A stretch of DNA of 64,000 nucleotides from NCBI GenBank assembly GCA_013115145.1, contig JAAPAO010000012.1, positions 62,001 to 126,000 on the forward strand, in the 5' to 3' direction. Shown here one piece after another: positions 12,501 to 24,689 of the stretch. How positions within the stretch are numbered: position 1 is the first letter of the stretch; each line of letters begins with the position of its first letter. The notes beneath the pieces were generated by a model. The model made no database searches, was not told the DNA's origin, and saw nothing but the letters and a program-made list of their open reading frames with translations. This DNA is from Perkinsus chesapeaki ATCC PRA-425. Its lineage: Eukaryota; Protista; Perkinsozoa. Made by a program: the position numbers and the translations under genes.

Positions 12501-14649
12501 GGCTGATTTGAGCAATCGATGGTAAGGATTCAGTCCCGGCCTCGCGGTACCATCGGTAAGACCTATAGTATTATTATCTATCCATTTCCTTCTGCATTCC
12601 GCCCACTGCTCCACTAAAGCTAGTTGTTCCGTCACTGCTCGATGCTCTTGTATGCCCTGGTGTTGTCTTCATCGCTGTCTTGCCCGGCGCCTGTGCCTAG
12701 CAGCCTCCGACCGTCTCGACTTCGGCCTCCCATTTCTCTGTTTGGTAACCGAAGATGCCAGATGAAATGAAAACAGTCGGTTAACCGTGGTTTCCTTAAG
12801 CGCCCACGAGAATTTTTCAGTCCCGTATACATCTATTGGAGTCTCCATTGGTGCAGTCAGTGTTCCAACAAAGGTCCGTGCACTCCACTCTTTGTTTCCG
12901 GACGGAGGCAGCACAGCGGCAGCAATCCCCGGTTGTCAGCTATGCCCACTCGGCTTGACTGTTACCGTAACAATGTCACGGCTTACAGCAGCCGATCGCA
13001 CGCTGAGTGAGAGGCCCAAGCTGCGGTCATAACGTCATAATTGGAGCTTCTACGATCCCTTTCGTAGAATACGGGATCTTAGTGAGCATTGGCAATACAG
13101 AACTTTCGCACGTCAGCCGAAACCCGTCAAGCTGAAACACATTCTTACTGAATGTGTGAACTTTACTGTGGAGTTCGACGTCCCTTAATTTCAGTAATTG
13201 GACAACCTCACAGATCCAGTAACTGACTCATAACCCAATCCCTCCACCTTCTCGTAAAAAGTAAGCCTAGTGACGAATCCCTTCGCATCAATGATTTCGA
13301 CAGAGAATAATCTACCAGCGTTGCCGCGGTAGAAGGCAACAGGGCTTTCCGATATAACCTCGCACTGTAACCTGAGCCTATGCAGCAACATAATGTCGGT
13401 TATGTGCATCACAATGTGATTCATTACATGTTTTTTGCATAGAATTATTATGCATTTTAGAATCACCCGGCGAATATTTGAATGAATGCCGGGAAATTTC
13501 TCAGTCTGAGAAATGTGCTTCTCTGAGAATCTCAGAGAAGCACATTTCGCGAAAACCATGGACATCGTTGCCATCTGATACTGACCCGTCATTGCTGGGT
13601 GCAAATCCGGTCACAGTTGTCGACTATGCAGTGACCTACTTGGTGTTATGCTCATTGTAGGGAACAAAGCGCAACACTTGTCTTCGAGAACGACGATTCG
13701 CAGGTGTCTGACCCATGGTACTGGGTGTGCTAAGCTCAGCTTCGCCAATTGTTGAAGTGGTGCCATTTTAGGCGCACTAGGAAGCATTTTCTCTTTCAAG
13801 TCACAAGCTCAGTGGATTTCTCCCCACCGTTCGGCATAAAAATCTTGAGCATCTTGCACTCGTTTACATTTCCCCACTGCCTGAACCCTCAGTTTGGCAT
13901 ATGCTTTTCAATTAATCATGCCCTTCGATATGTGATCGGCGTCATGAGCACTGCTCGCGTCTTTTTTCAGGCGTGCCATGAGGGTACCTCGGAGAACGCC
14001 TTGCTCATTTGCGAGATGTGCGACAGAGGCTACCACACATTCTGTCTCCGTCCAAGACTTACAGCAGTTCCGTTGGACGACTGGTGAGGCCATTGGAATG
14101 GAAGTTTCGACTCGTTCTTGGAACAGGTTCTGCCCGGAGTGCCAGCAAGCTATTTGCGAGTCTCGAGCGATGTCCCCGCCAGTGCGTAGATCTCTGCGGC
14201 TGCAACGAAGAACTTCGATAAGCAGCGGGGCTTCATCTCCGATCGATTGCGACTCCGCATCCTCATCAGCGACTGAGGAGCAGTCTCCGGCTGAGGTGCC
14301 TCGGCGACGCTCTACAGAGGAGCGGCAACCAGCGCCGACTAGACGGCTGCGACGTGCCTGTCGGAGAGATTCCTTTGCCAGCGAGGTCTCTTGCGGCGAA
14401 TCGTTCATTGACCAAATGGCCAGAGAGCACCAGCGGCGCTCTGGCAGGATATCGAGCATCCGGCATAGTGACGTGGAGCGGAATTTCGAGGCCGGGAGGA
14501 GGGATGAAGCCTCAAGTAGCGGAAGTGATGGAGATGTGCTTGCCAACAGCGAGGGGTGGACTGAGAGCCTGCTAAGAATTCGAACGCTGCATAAAAGAAG
14601 AAGCCATGGGTCGAGCTTGGATTCCAGACTGCGGCCGAGGGGCTATTAG
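9596..14649 (+). CDS. RING-finger + PHD-finger protein (PHRF1-like architecture); 5' end uncertain
   Basis: RING at ~10810-10990 (CAICLC..CSHRFCFDCIYKWSKATNLCPLCK). The PHD is split by introns: ..LVCE | ACHEGTSENALLICEMCDRGYHTFCLRPRLTAVPLDDW | FCPEC, which needs an intron of ~2.8 kb (~11184-13970). An R/S-rich tail runs to the stop at 14649. Confidence 0.78.
10514..10698 (+). mobile_element. Foldback-rich element with a Helitron-like 3' end (GC hairpin, then CTAG followed by T)
   Basis: Hairpin tctccagtgg-ggactct-ccgctggaga at ~10660-10686, followed 8 nt later by CTAG (10695-10698) and T. It is preceded by AT-rich inverted repeats (10514-10552, 10568-10586, 10615-10640). No 5' TC end or Rep/Hel ORF was identified. 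Confidence 0.35.
11812..12914 (-). pseudogene. Degenerate coding-like remnant nested antisense in the long PHD intron
   Basis: ORF-track pieces 12669-12914, 12231-12635 (134 aa) and 11812-12153 (113 aa) do not join into one open frame. No family was recognised. Confidence 0.3.
13493..13548. repeat. Chained perfect palindromes (9-1-9 overlapping 19-1-19)
   Basis: atttctcag-t-ctgagaaat (13496-13514) and gaaatgtgcttctctgaga-a-tctcagagaagcacatttc (13510-13548). Confidence 0.95.
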
Positions 14650-14919
14650 ATAACGCTGTAGAATTTACATTAGACTAACACAGTGTTGGTTCTTGCACAG
14701 TAAAGCCATGTAATGCATCGGAGCTAATTGCTATGTTGTGCGAGTTGGAAGGTCAATTTACATTGGGGTAGTCGGCAGTGGAGAGTGGTGATTTCATGGC
14801 ACTTCCATGGTCTCGAGTAAGCTAGCGAATTTTAGAGCACAATCGGGAAAGGCTAATAAATACGATCGCTGGGAATCGAACTTGCGGTCGTCAGGGTAGA
14901 TTCATTTTAAGGCAGTACA

Positions 14920-17900
14920 ATGGACTTGTCCCCACCAGCAGTGAAGCGTCTCCGTACCAGTGCGGGCCTCGACCCGAACTTGGCTGAGGAGTGCCGCCGC
15001 AGTCCTGTCCCGGTAGATGCCCTGCAGAAATCGCTTGCGTTCATGCAGGTTGGTCTGGCTATTTTGTGGCGCAGTGACGCTGCTCTTATTTAGGTTGACG
15101 TGGATAACTATGCTGCTGCATCGAGACCATGTGATTCCATACAGAATGGTGAAGTGCCGGTCATTCGAATGTAGGCGGATGAAACTCTCAACTCTCTTTG
15201 ATAGTTCTGGTTTGGGGTATGTGTGCATTTGATGTTTTCTTTCAATGCTAAGATCTTTCCTATGGGAATTTCTATAATATCTTTTCTGCACTAGTAACGT
15301 ATGTCCTACCAAATTTTCTATGACATCTCTGCACTAGCTGCGTCTCTCAACCTTGGAAGAATGCATTCCACGAGGAATGCTTGCTTCGATTTGTCAGGTT
15401 TGGCGTGACGGCTGGCGGCAACTCACTAATGTGTCACATCCATGGCTTCCTACCCTACTTCTACTGTCCGCGGCCTGACCAAACCGTGGACTGTGAGCGC
15501 TTCCAAGCCAGGCTAGAGTCGGCCCTAAGAGGCTCGCAAACTGCCTCGGGGACGAGATGCAAGCAGTTGGTCACCAACGTAGAGGTAGCTACTACCAGCT
15601 TCATCTTGGTCTGGACTACTCGAGTCGCAGATAGTCGTTCGAGAGAATCTGATGGGCTGGACCGGACGCAACACTGCCAGCGAGTATTTCCGAGTTACCG
15701 TGGCTCTTCCCAAATTTATATCAACTTCAAGAGGCGTCCTCGAACGCGGTATACCGGTGCTGCAAGGTAGGCTTCTGTATGTGCGAAGCAATGATTCTAC
15801 GTGGTTAGGTGATGCCCTGTGGAGCTGCACTACCTTCGAGACCAACATCCCCTATCCCCTTAGATTCATGATTGATAATGATATTGGCGGTGGTTCTTGG
15901 GTGAGTTGTCGGGCATCCTCTGAGGCTTCCCCAGTTCAGCTTCGAAGCTTTTTACCGAGAGTGATTCTCGGTTCGGAGGCGCAAGAATCGATGGGAAATT
16001 TTTGAATTCCGTCGCTCTGTCAATATAGTTCTCGGCATGGCCTTGGCGGTAAGAAGTCCTCTAGCTAAGGGTGGCGTATCTTAGGTTGAGCTTCCCGCAG
16101 GAGCCTACACTCCTCGCACAGAGAACGAGAAGGTGAGTACTTGCCAGATCGAAGTGGATGTACCGGACTATCGGCAAATCATAGGGCATATGGCTGAAGG
16201 TAGGCGGCCGGCAGTAGCACTGTGAGAATAACAGTGTCTCTCTCAGGTGACTGGATGGCCCTGGCCCCACTAAGGGTTGTATCTTTGGATATCGAATGTG
16301 TGTCCGAGCACGGCAAAGGGTTTCCCACTCCGGACGTGGCGCCTGTCATCCAGATAGCTGCTGTGATGCAAGAGGGGAGTCAGAGGCTTTACTCACTTAC
16401 CGGCCAGTAGCATATCCTTTTCAGCTGAGCAAAAGCATAAGATCGTCTGGACTTTGGATACGTGCGCGGATATTGCCGATGCCACTGTGGTGTCTTTTGG
16501 GAGCGAGAGAGATCTCCTTTCGAACTTCCAGCAGTAAGTCGGTCGGCTCCGGCTCCCTGGAAATTTCAAGTTTCGCTGGAATTGATGACATTGATGCCTC
16601 GCGGTGTCAGCTCTCACTTGGAGCCTTGCACTGTGCGGCACATCCATCTACTGTTGACATTGGATTAGTTCATGGCGTGGTACACAATTCTCTGAAGGTA
16701 CCTAGTCCTAGTGGACCCTGATGTCATGACCGGCTACAACATCATCAACTTCGATCTTCCTTACCTTCTGGATCGCGCCGCTCATCTGAAAGTAGTCGAC
16801 TCTCTAGTCTTTGTCGATTTCATCGGGACAGGTTCATCCGCCCTTCGAGTACCTTGGCCGTCTGAAGGGGGTGGCCTCCAGAGTGAAGGACTCTGTATTT
16901 GAAAGCCGTGCTCTCGGCAGGCGAGAGAACAAGGATATCAATATTGAGGGAAGGGTTCAATTCGACATGATGGTGGGTGGATTCTCATTTAATGCTACCG
17001 CCCCACTATCAACTGGGTTGTCCAGATTGTAATGCAGCGCGAGCACAAGTTAAGGAGTTATTCTCTCAATGCAGTATCGGCTGAGTTCTTGGGCGAACAG
17101 AAGGAGGACGTTCACTACTCCATCATCGGTGACCTACAGAAAGGCACGCCGGAGACTCGCAAGCGTCTGGCGGTGTACTGCCTCAAGGATTCACTCTTGC
17201 CGCTGAGGCTCATGAACAAGCTCGTCTGCATGTGAGCCATCGAGCGCGCTTCAACATTAGATTCCGAAACGCCATAACGTCTGACTTTCCCTCGGCATTT
17301 CGGCTGTAGGTATAACTATACGGAAATGGCGAGGGTGACAGGAGTACCGATTAACTACCTCCTCACCAGAGGCCAGATGATCAAAGTCGCCTCCCAGTTG
17401 TTCAGGAAGGTAGGCTCCTCAGCAACACCGCCAGTACTTTCGGGTAGGCTCGCTCTCATGGTTATGTCATTCCGGCACAGAAGTCTTCACCGGGCGGCGA
17501 GTTTGAGGGCGCTACAGTGGGTTCGGTGGTTCTCATTTCGACCGCCGTGATTGAGCCCTGGTCAGGTGTTGGAACCGTCGACGGGCTTTTACCAGTTGCC
17601 GATAGCCACCCTTGATTTTGCCTCGCTGTACCCGAGTATCATGCAAGCTCACAACCTCTGCTACTCGACATTAGTGCAGCCATCAGTGGCACAGAGGGAG
17701 GGCCTCACTGAAGGGGAGGGAGGAGATGTAAGCTTTTAAAGTTTCATTGAACGAGCGTGCTCTGATAGGTCACCCGTACGCCGTGTGGGCATTTATTTGT
17801 GAAGCAGAGCGTCCGAAAGGGTCTCCTACCTATGGTGCTGGAGGAGCTCCTCCAAGCTAGAAAGAGAGCAAAGAAAGAGATGGCACAGGCAACAGACCCT

Positions 17901-20107
17901 TTGAAGAAAATGGTAGGAATACTAGTAACCAGTAAAGACTTCTTGTGCGTCATTCTTCAAGACTGACACATAGTAACACCTTTCTCAACACATTCGTCAT
18001 GCGTAGTGCATCACAACGACATGCTGCCGCTCGGCAGTGCCGAGTCGGCACAGCGAGGAATGCCAACCGGCAATAGTTAATAACCAGTCCATCTCAGAAG
18101 AGCGTTTCTCTTTCAGAGTTTATAGGGATTCTCGCCTCGAATATCTCGCGCAGGTCCTCAATGGCCGTCAGCTCGCATTGAAGGTGTCTGCCAACTCGGT
18201 CTACGGTTTCACTGGTGCCACAGTCGGTATGATGCCCTGCCTTGAGATAAGTAGCAGCGTTACTGCTTTTGGCCGCCAAATGATTGAACACACCAAAACA
18301 CTGGTGGAACAGAAGCAAGTCGATTTCTGTCTCCCCCTATCGGCGACACTTCTCCTAAGGTACCGTGTGGAGAACGGCTACGCCCATGATGCTACGGTCA
18401 TCTATGGTGATACCGATTCTGTTTTTGTTAAGTTCGGTTGTGATACTGTGGAGGAGGCAATGAAGCTTGGACAGGAAGCTGCGGCATACGTTTCGACCAC
18501 ATTCATTGATCCCATTAAACTGGAATTCGAGAAGGTGGCTCGAGATTGGCATACTGAAAATGAGACTGTAGTTCTCTTTTGCGGCAGGTATACTTCCCGT
18601 ACTTATTGATGAATAAGAAACGCTACGCTGGACTGTACTGGACGAACCCTGTGAAGGCCGATAAGCTGGATGCTAAAGGTGGGCCACGCCTTCCGTTTTT
18701 ACTAGCGGTCAATATATGCTTGATTCCACCGGTCTACAATTTTGTACGGAAGCACGAGGAGTTAAAGTGCTATTTTCGGCAGGTATTGAGACAGTACGGA
18801 GAGATAACTGTGAGCTCGTCAAAGTGGTGGTAGAGAACACTCTGAATATCATTCTTAAGGAGAACTCCCTTGACAGAGCCATTGCGTAAGACTGCGCTAT
18901 TTTCATAATATCGAAGGGTCACTATACTCCGCGGAGCGAGGGACAATTCAATAGTAATGCTGCAGCATCACAATTGGTCATTTTCGTCAGTGCTTACCTT
19001 AGAATACTATCATTTATTATAGGCCAACATTTACCTAATCCTAAAAGCTATCTATGTACCCATTCTCCCTTTCACTGTGTTCTCTTTTCCAGGTTCATTC
19101 GTAACACTCTCTCTGAGTTGCTGCAGAATAAAGTGGACATGTCCATGTTGGTTATCTCCAAATCCTTAGCGAAGGGGATGGATGATGTACCTCGAGCTGC
19201 CCCACTTGGCTGGATTCTCGTCTCTCTGTAGGGGGCATACGCTGCAAAGCAAGCCCACGTTGAACTAGCAAAGCGAATGGCTCAGCGTGATCCCGGTAAT
19301 GCCCCGGCCATTGGTGATCGAATACAGTAAGCCGCAGGGTCCCTGATGCCATCTGGGAGGTGCCCGCCAGGTACGTCATCATCAAAGCGCCAAAGGGAGT
19401 GGCTCAGTATGAGAAAGCCGAGGATCCTCTCTATGTGCGTGGCAGAACGAAGAGCGGTAGAACGTGTGCTTTCATCAGGCTGTTGAAAATAATATTCCCG
19501 TGGACGGTCAGCACTACATCGATCACCAATTGAAGCAACCTTTAATGAGAATCTTTGAGAACATCTTACCGAATGCAGAGTCCGTACTCTTTTCTGGAGA
19601 GCATATGCGAAAAGTACGCAAATCAGCCAGGGGATCTCTGCAGTACGTTTGCAGGTGTTCCAATCGGCGCCATCGGCTACTGGTGGCCTGTCCATGTTTC
19701 TCAAGAAAACGCATAAATGTCTGTCGTGTAAGGCAGTATTGAAGGACGGCCATGGCGGCGCGCTCTGTCAGCATTGCAAGAATGTAAAGGAAGGACAGGT
19801 GAGTTTGTTCGAGTTTGTCTTCCTTTTCGTGAAACGCTCGGACGGCTCCAGGTGGTTGTCGAGAAGACGAACGAGTTGCGCGCGCTGGAGGTTCAATTCG
19901 CGCGGTTATGGAGCGAATGCCAGAGGTGTCAAGGAAGCGTCGAACAGGATGTCATCTGCACATCCCGAGACTGTCCAGTATTCTATCGGCGAGCTAAAGT
20001 AACATAATGATGCCATCGGCATGAAGCATATGCTACTGCAGGTGCGGAAAGACGCCGCCAGGGCCGCAGATGCTGTGAGCCGGCTAAGAGAGGCTGTTGA
20101 CTGGTAG
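14920..20107 (+). CDS. POLD1: DNA polymerase delta catalytic subunit
   Basis: Starts [11 protein letters not shown].. and contains [22 protein letters not shown], Exo I/II/III ([24 protein letters not shown]), Pol motifs [22 protein letters not shown] and YGDTDS, and C-terminal CysA/CysB clusters (CLSC..CQHC; CQRC..CTSRDC). TAG at 20105-20107. Many introns. Confidence 0.97.
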
Positions 20108-20564
20108 AGGACGAGGCTTGGCGAATTTCCACCTAATTTCGTGCACTGCAAATGGAATAGTTTTGTTATCAATTCAATTCAGCCATAAGAGAGTTAGAGT
20201 TCAAGTAGCGACGGACTAAAATGTCATCCAAAAGGGAAGCTCAGGAGTGTCGAAAAGCTCACACCAGGCTACGCACCGGAGCCTTTCAGTCGCTGTAGTT
20301 CTTGGCGAGTGCATCACTACCGAGCCAGTCCCAGTGAGTTACACGCTGCAGCGGACCTTTATAACTCGTAAACCGAGCCATGACGTCCTGATTCGGCAGT
20401 CAAGATTGTTGACTCAAGAATTACACAGGCTCCCAGTAACATCGCATCTAACTATGGCTCTATGTTCATTTTATCACATGAGGTTGCACAACTTGTTCTG
20501 GCCTTGGCTAGACTACTCGTATACCGTTAGCTCCTAGAGATTCCCGAAGACGGAGCTTCATCGC

Positions 20565-21212
20565 CTATCCTTCCTCGAGATTCGATGCGAGCAGAGAAAG
20601 AGCAACATCATACAAAGTGCTCGCTAGCGAAGCTGAGGCACAACCTTCAGGCTGAACACTTCTGGGTGAACTATGCAGTAACACAGGAGGATGAGCAAAC
20701 AAGCGCACTATGTGCCGCAATAGCCAGGTAAATATCAATCTTCCCGGTTGCACGGCCAGCAGAGGTGTCATAGAGCAAGCGCCGCGTTGCTCGGATGTCT
20801 TTCGCTCGGGCCACTGCCCGGCGCTCGACCTCTGGCGATTTATCCCTATTAACGCAAAACTACATATACCTATGATCGAAAAGCTTATGCGGAAAAGGCT
20901 ATCCACTTGGCAACTTCATGACAACGAAGGCCGTTATGCAGCGAGCGAGATCATAAGGCTCAACAAAAGCCAAGATTGAGGTATTCTCAGCTGTTCGCGA
21001 CGCTCTACACGAACGTCGCTACAGAACGAACGTGCTGGTGAACCTCGCAATCTTGTTGTATTAGCAAGGGTTTGTGAACAGATCTCTTCCTTCGCAGCAA
21101 ACGATATGACCAAGCACATCATGGTCACAGTGATTGCGACTTTGACCATGGTATCTAATACACGTGCCATAATTCCGCCCGAAGGAGACACAATCCTTGG
21201 TGCAGCAATCAT
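20565..21212 (-). CDS. Possible small hypothetical protein
   Basis: Two adjacent minus-strand ORFs (92 aa with a hydrophobic stretch, and 113 aa). No recognised domain. Confidence 0.2.
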
Positions 21213-22241
21213 CGGCGCCCCATAGTGCGACGAAAGCGATGTTGCAGAGAATACGAAATATCATGTTGGGATGTAGACAGCGAAAGGAGAGCTGAAAGGG
21301 CGAGACAACGCCTAAAGCAATATGGATATCTCTCAGTGGGACTCGGCTACGGATTTTCTATCCCTTGGGTGATGTCTTGTTCCGATATTCGAAAACAACA
21401 CATGGGGTGAACGAGCCAAAAACGTTGTACTAGGCGTAAATTATTTCCGTTGCTAACATCGACTTTAGATGAGTAGTTCTTGTATGGGATGCGAACTAAA
21501 TTCTTTGGGCTGCGATCACTTCGGCCCGCGTACCTTTTACCTATGCGTGCGTACGCAAACTGCGGCCAAAGTGAGATTCAAACGACCGACGCTGTTCTTT
21601 ATATTAGTGAAGTCTAGCTTCTGCTTAAGCTAGACTTCCTATACCCCGTAGACTGCCGGAAACAGAAGATCTGCTGAGTACTATGAGTAGTGTGGGCCCC
21701 CGCATACTATGCATGCGACGCATAGCGAGTGCCTATGCGCGTCATGTCACCCAACTTCCGAGTCGAAAATTTCGACGCCTCACCTTGCCCGACATTCGAA
21801 ACCGACCACAGTGATCAACAGCTCCAGGTCAACGAGGAACTTGTTGGTGGTCTCAGAGTAGCATCGAGTGTTGTCAGACGGACAGTGCGAGTTGCTCCCA
21901 GCATGTAGCAAGGAACCCTTTGTTGCATGAAGCGTGAAGCCCACAGCACGCCATTGGCACACTGCCAATGGGCCAAATATATGTCGATTCGATGCTTTGG
22001 AAGCGTTTACCCACCCAATTATATGCTACGAAGCAGAATGTCCTATTATAAGATCTTGCTACTTGTACTCGTAGTTTCTTGCTTTTAATGCTCTCGCTGG
22101 ATAGTTTAGTTAACTCTTCCGCTGTCTCAGATCAATGTTTTCAACTCAATTTTACTAGTAATAAATTACCATTCAAGTGGACATACAATACGACATCAAT
22201 AACTCATACTCTACGCTAATCGTTAAAGTTGCTTTTTTGGT

Positions 22242-24689
22242 TTGAAAAACATGCCAGACCTTAGCAAAGATGACAACACAGCTATCCAGGACGTCTTGGG
22301 ATCGGAAACCATCAGCTACTATGACTTGCTTGATCGTAGCTCTGGGTCACATCCAGAGAAGAGCGAGTGCAAGACAATCATTGGATTACTGCGCTCCAAG
22401 GCTCCGGAAAAGGTCGTCAGGTAGGAATATGCCGCTGACGCTATGGTCACTAACTTTGTCATATTCGTTAGGTTCCGAGGATTCCAGTGTTATCGATAAA
22501 GATGGAGCTAAATGCACCGTTGCAGGAACTCCTAAGCCCTACGAGCGTGCCACGCTCAGCGTGGTCCATTTTTGGTATTTGCAAAATTGAAAGCACACCA
22601 GCACTGAATATTTAGGAGACCGGTACGACTGACGATATCGCAAGCGCGGACGTTCACAAACAGCAGCCGTGACACCGAGCACCGTTGCGCCTCCGTATTA
22701 AACAAGAAACCTGAGAAGAATCTACACCATATGTTAATCGCCGTCTCTGCTGCGGTAGGCGGGCGGCTGGTCCAAAAGTTTTGGACCAAAACCAAGTTCG
22801 ACGCCAAGCGCCGACTCTTAGCAGTGGCTGAGTCGAGGGGGGCTCGCTTAGTTCCTTTTGAGCTGAATATCTTAGCGGCCCTACTTTCTACGAAGTGGCC
22901 ACCAGGGGGACTAATTCGATACTCAAGCACAACATTCTCACTGGGCCTTATGGCCCGCGCCTGAGATCGGAGGATCTCTCGGACGCAAGGAAGATAGCTT
23001 CTAGACTTTCAAAAAACCATGAGCGTTGGTTCTTGGCGAACGGAAAAACTTGTTCAGCGATCGACGCCGACAGAGAGGTAAGGTGCGGTGCTTGACGTAA
23101 CATAGCTTGACTTGCCTTAGGCTGAATGTGGAGAAACATCTCCAGCGATTGACGCAGACAGAGAGGTAAAAAAAGAAACGTTCACTTCCCGACTCAACAT
23201 AGCTCGATCTGCTCTAGGCTGAATGTGGGGAAACATCTACAGCGATTGCGAATGGAGTTGTACGACCCCACCGTGAAGGTGAACCGGAAGCTCCTACATC
23301 CTACCCTAGCGTAAGCTCTCTCTCAAAAGTAGTCCATCTTCCCGTGATTCAAAACATCTTTACAATGAAGAATGCCGAACAGCGCTCCGTCGAGAACGAC
23401 CGTATCTCGCTGAACCTTCCGAAACTCCCTGCTCAACTGGCATTCCGAGTAACTCCGGCAAGCCCGCATCGAGTAGTCCTAGTACTGCATGCTGGCGGAT
23501 CTGTAACTAACCACTTCGGTTCGTCACGGGGAACATGGTGGCCCAACTCGAGTCGGTGCATGTCGGTAAAAGCGACAATAGGGCCTGGTGAAAGTGCTCA
23601 AATTCATGGGAAGATCTCTGTGGCGCTGTTATTCTCGATCTACAGTAGCAAGACTGACGGCTGCGAGGGCTACTCAACCTCTTGCCGATGAAGAACACCA
23701 GGGACCATTCACCGATGAGAAGGTTCTGCCGTTTCACATCGCCTCACTGTCTCTAAATACTCGATCCAGACAGGTTGTAATGAGTCTAACACCAGAAACG
23801 TTGGAGGCCGATATGCTTCAAGGTAGCAACCAGAACAAGAGGTTCATGGCTGAGCAATCTTATCTTAGATGGTTGCTCTGCTATGATGTTCTTACTGGTG
23901 AGCCGGTAATAATGTTATGCAATTAGCATTGGCAAGTAAAACTGTGATCTTTTCAGGTGGCGGTTATCACCTACACTTAGCAGGCGAGTCACCAACTTCT
24001 AAAGCTTACTGGTTATCTCTAGGCTGGCGCAACAGCCGCTGTGGACGAACCAGCAACAGTTGGCCGTTTAGGCAGCGGCTCAAAGTTGCTGTCTTCTCCC
24101 GACAGATTGGTCCCAATTGGGACCGACGATGTCTAACAACGGTAACAGAGGTACCGTACTACGCAGAATTGAACGCTCTACTCATTATCGAGCAAATTCC
24201 GCGTACCCACTGTTGTTTTAGTGACGGCAACTGTCGCGGTGGACTGCCGCTTTGGCCCCTTGTGCGATGTACAAGGTTTGACCAACAAGCGCTTTGGCTG
24301 CGTCCCAACCGATGCGACCAAAAGTAGATGGCCGCTTCAGTTTGTCTTCAAGACACCAACTCTGAACCATTCCATAACTTTGCATCGGTTGACGGCTTTC
24401 ATCGTTGAGTGGCATGTATGTATTATATACAGTTGGCCTTATATACTATATAAGGCCGCGTGTCAGAGCCATTGCAGACTACATCAATGGCAATGAAGGA
24501 TGCTTGGCTACTGTTTGGGTCAAGCCCGGGAGGGCTGTCGCGATAGCGGACGAGCCGGGTGCCATCACAGAGTCAGAACTACATGTTTACTCTTCGCGGC
24601 CTTTCCATTCCAATCCTGATTTCCTTAATAAAGTCGTGGCTATGGGGTGGGAAATTTGCTTTCTTTGCGTAGCATATTCTTGTGTGTAG
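22242..24689 (+). CDS. Lineage-specific hypothetical multi-exon protein (possibly decayed)
   Basis: A series of + strand open frames separated by GT..AG introns, including a tandemly repeated 45-nt exon (AECGETSPAIDADRE). No recognised domain, and the exon chain is not fully resolved. Confidence 0.45.

Noticed and set aside
12231-12635. Possible tyrosine-recombinase (DIRS-like) fragment (YDRFRDDLR..GY)
   Set aside because: No R-H-R-Y catalytic motif (e.g. HSLRxG) is visible, so the family cannot be supported.
18927-18968. Even palindromes ctccgcggag and atgctgcagcat in a long POLD1 intron
   Set aside because: 5-6 bp arms are at chance level.
15381-20007. POLD1 appearing as many short ORFs, suggesting a pseudogene
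   Set aside because: The breaks are explained by GT..AG introns, and all catalytic motifs are intact.
23040-23280. Repeat-spacer-like pattern resembling a CRISPR array
   Set aside because: The units are exon plus intron with splice sites, only about 2.5 copies, in a eukaryotic context with no cas genes.
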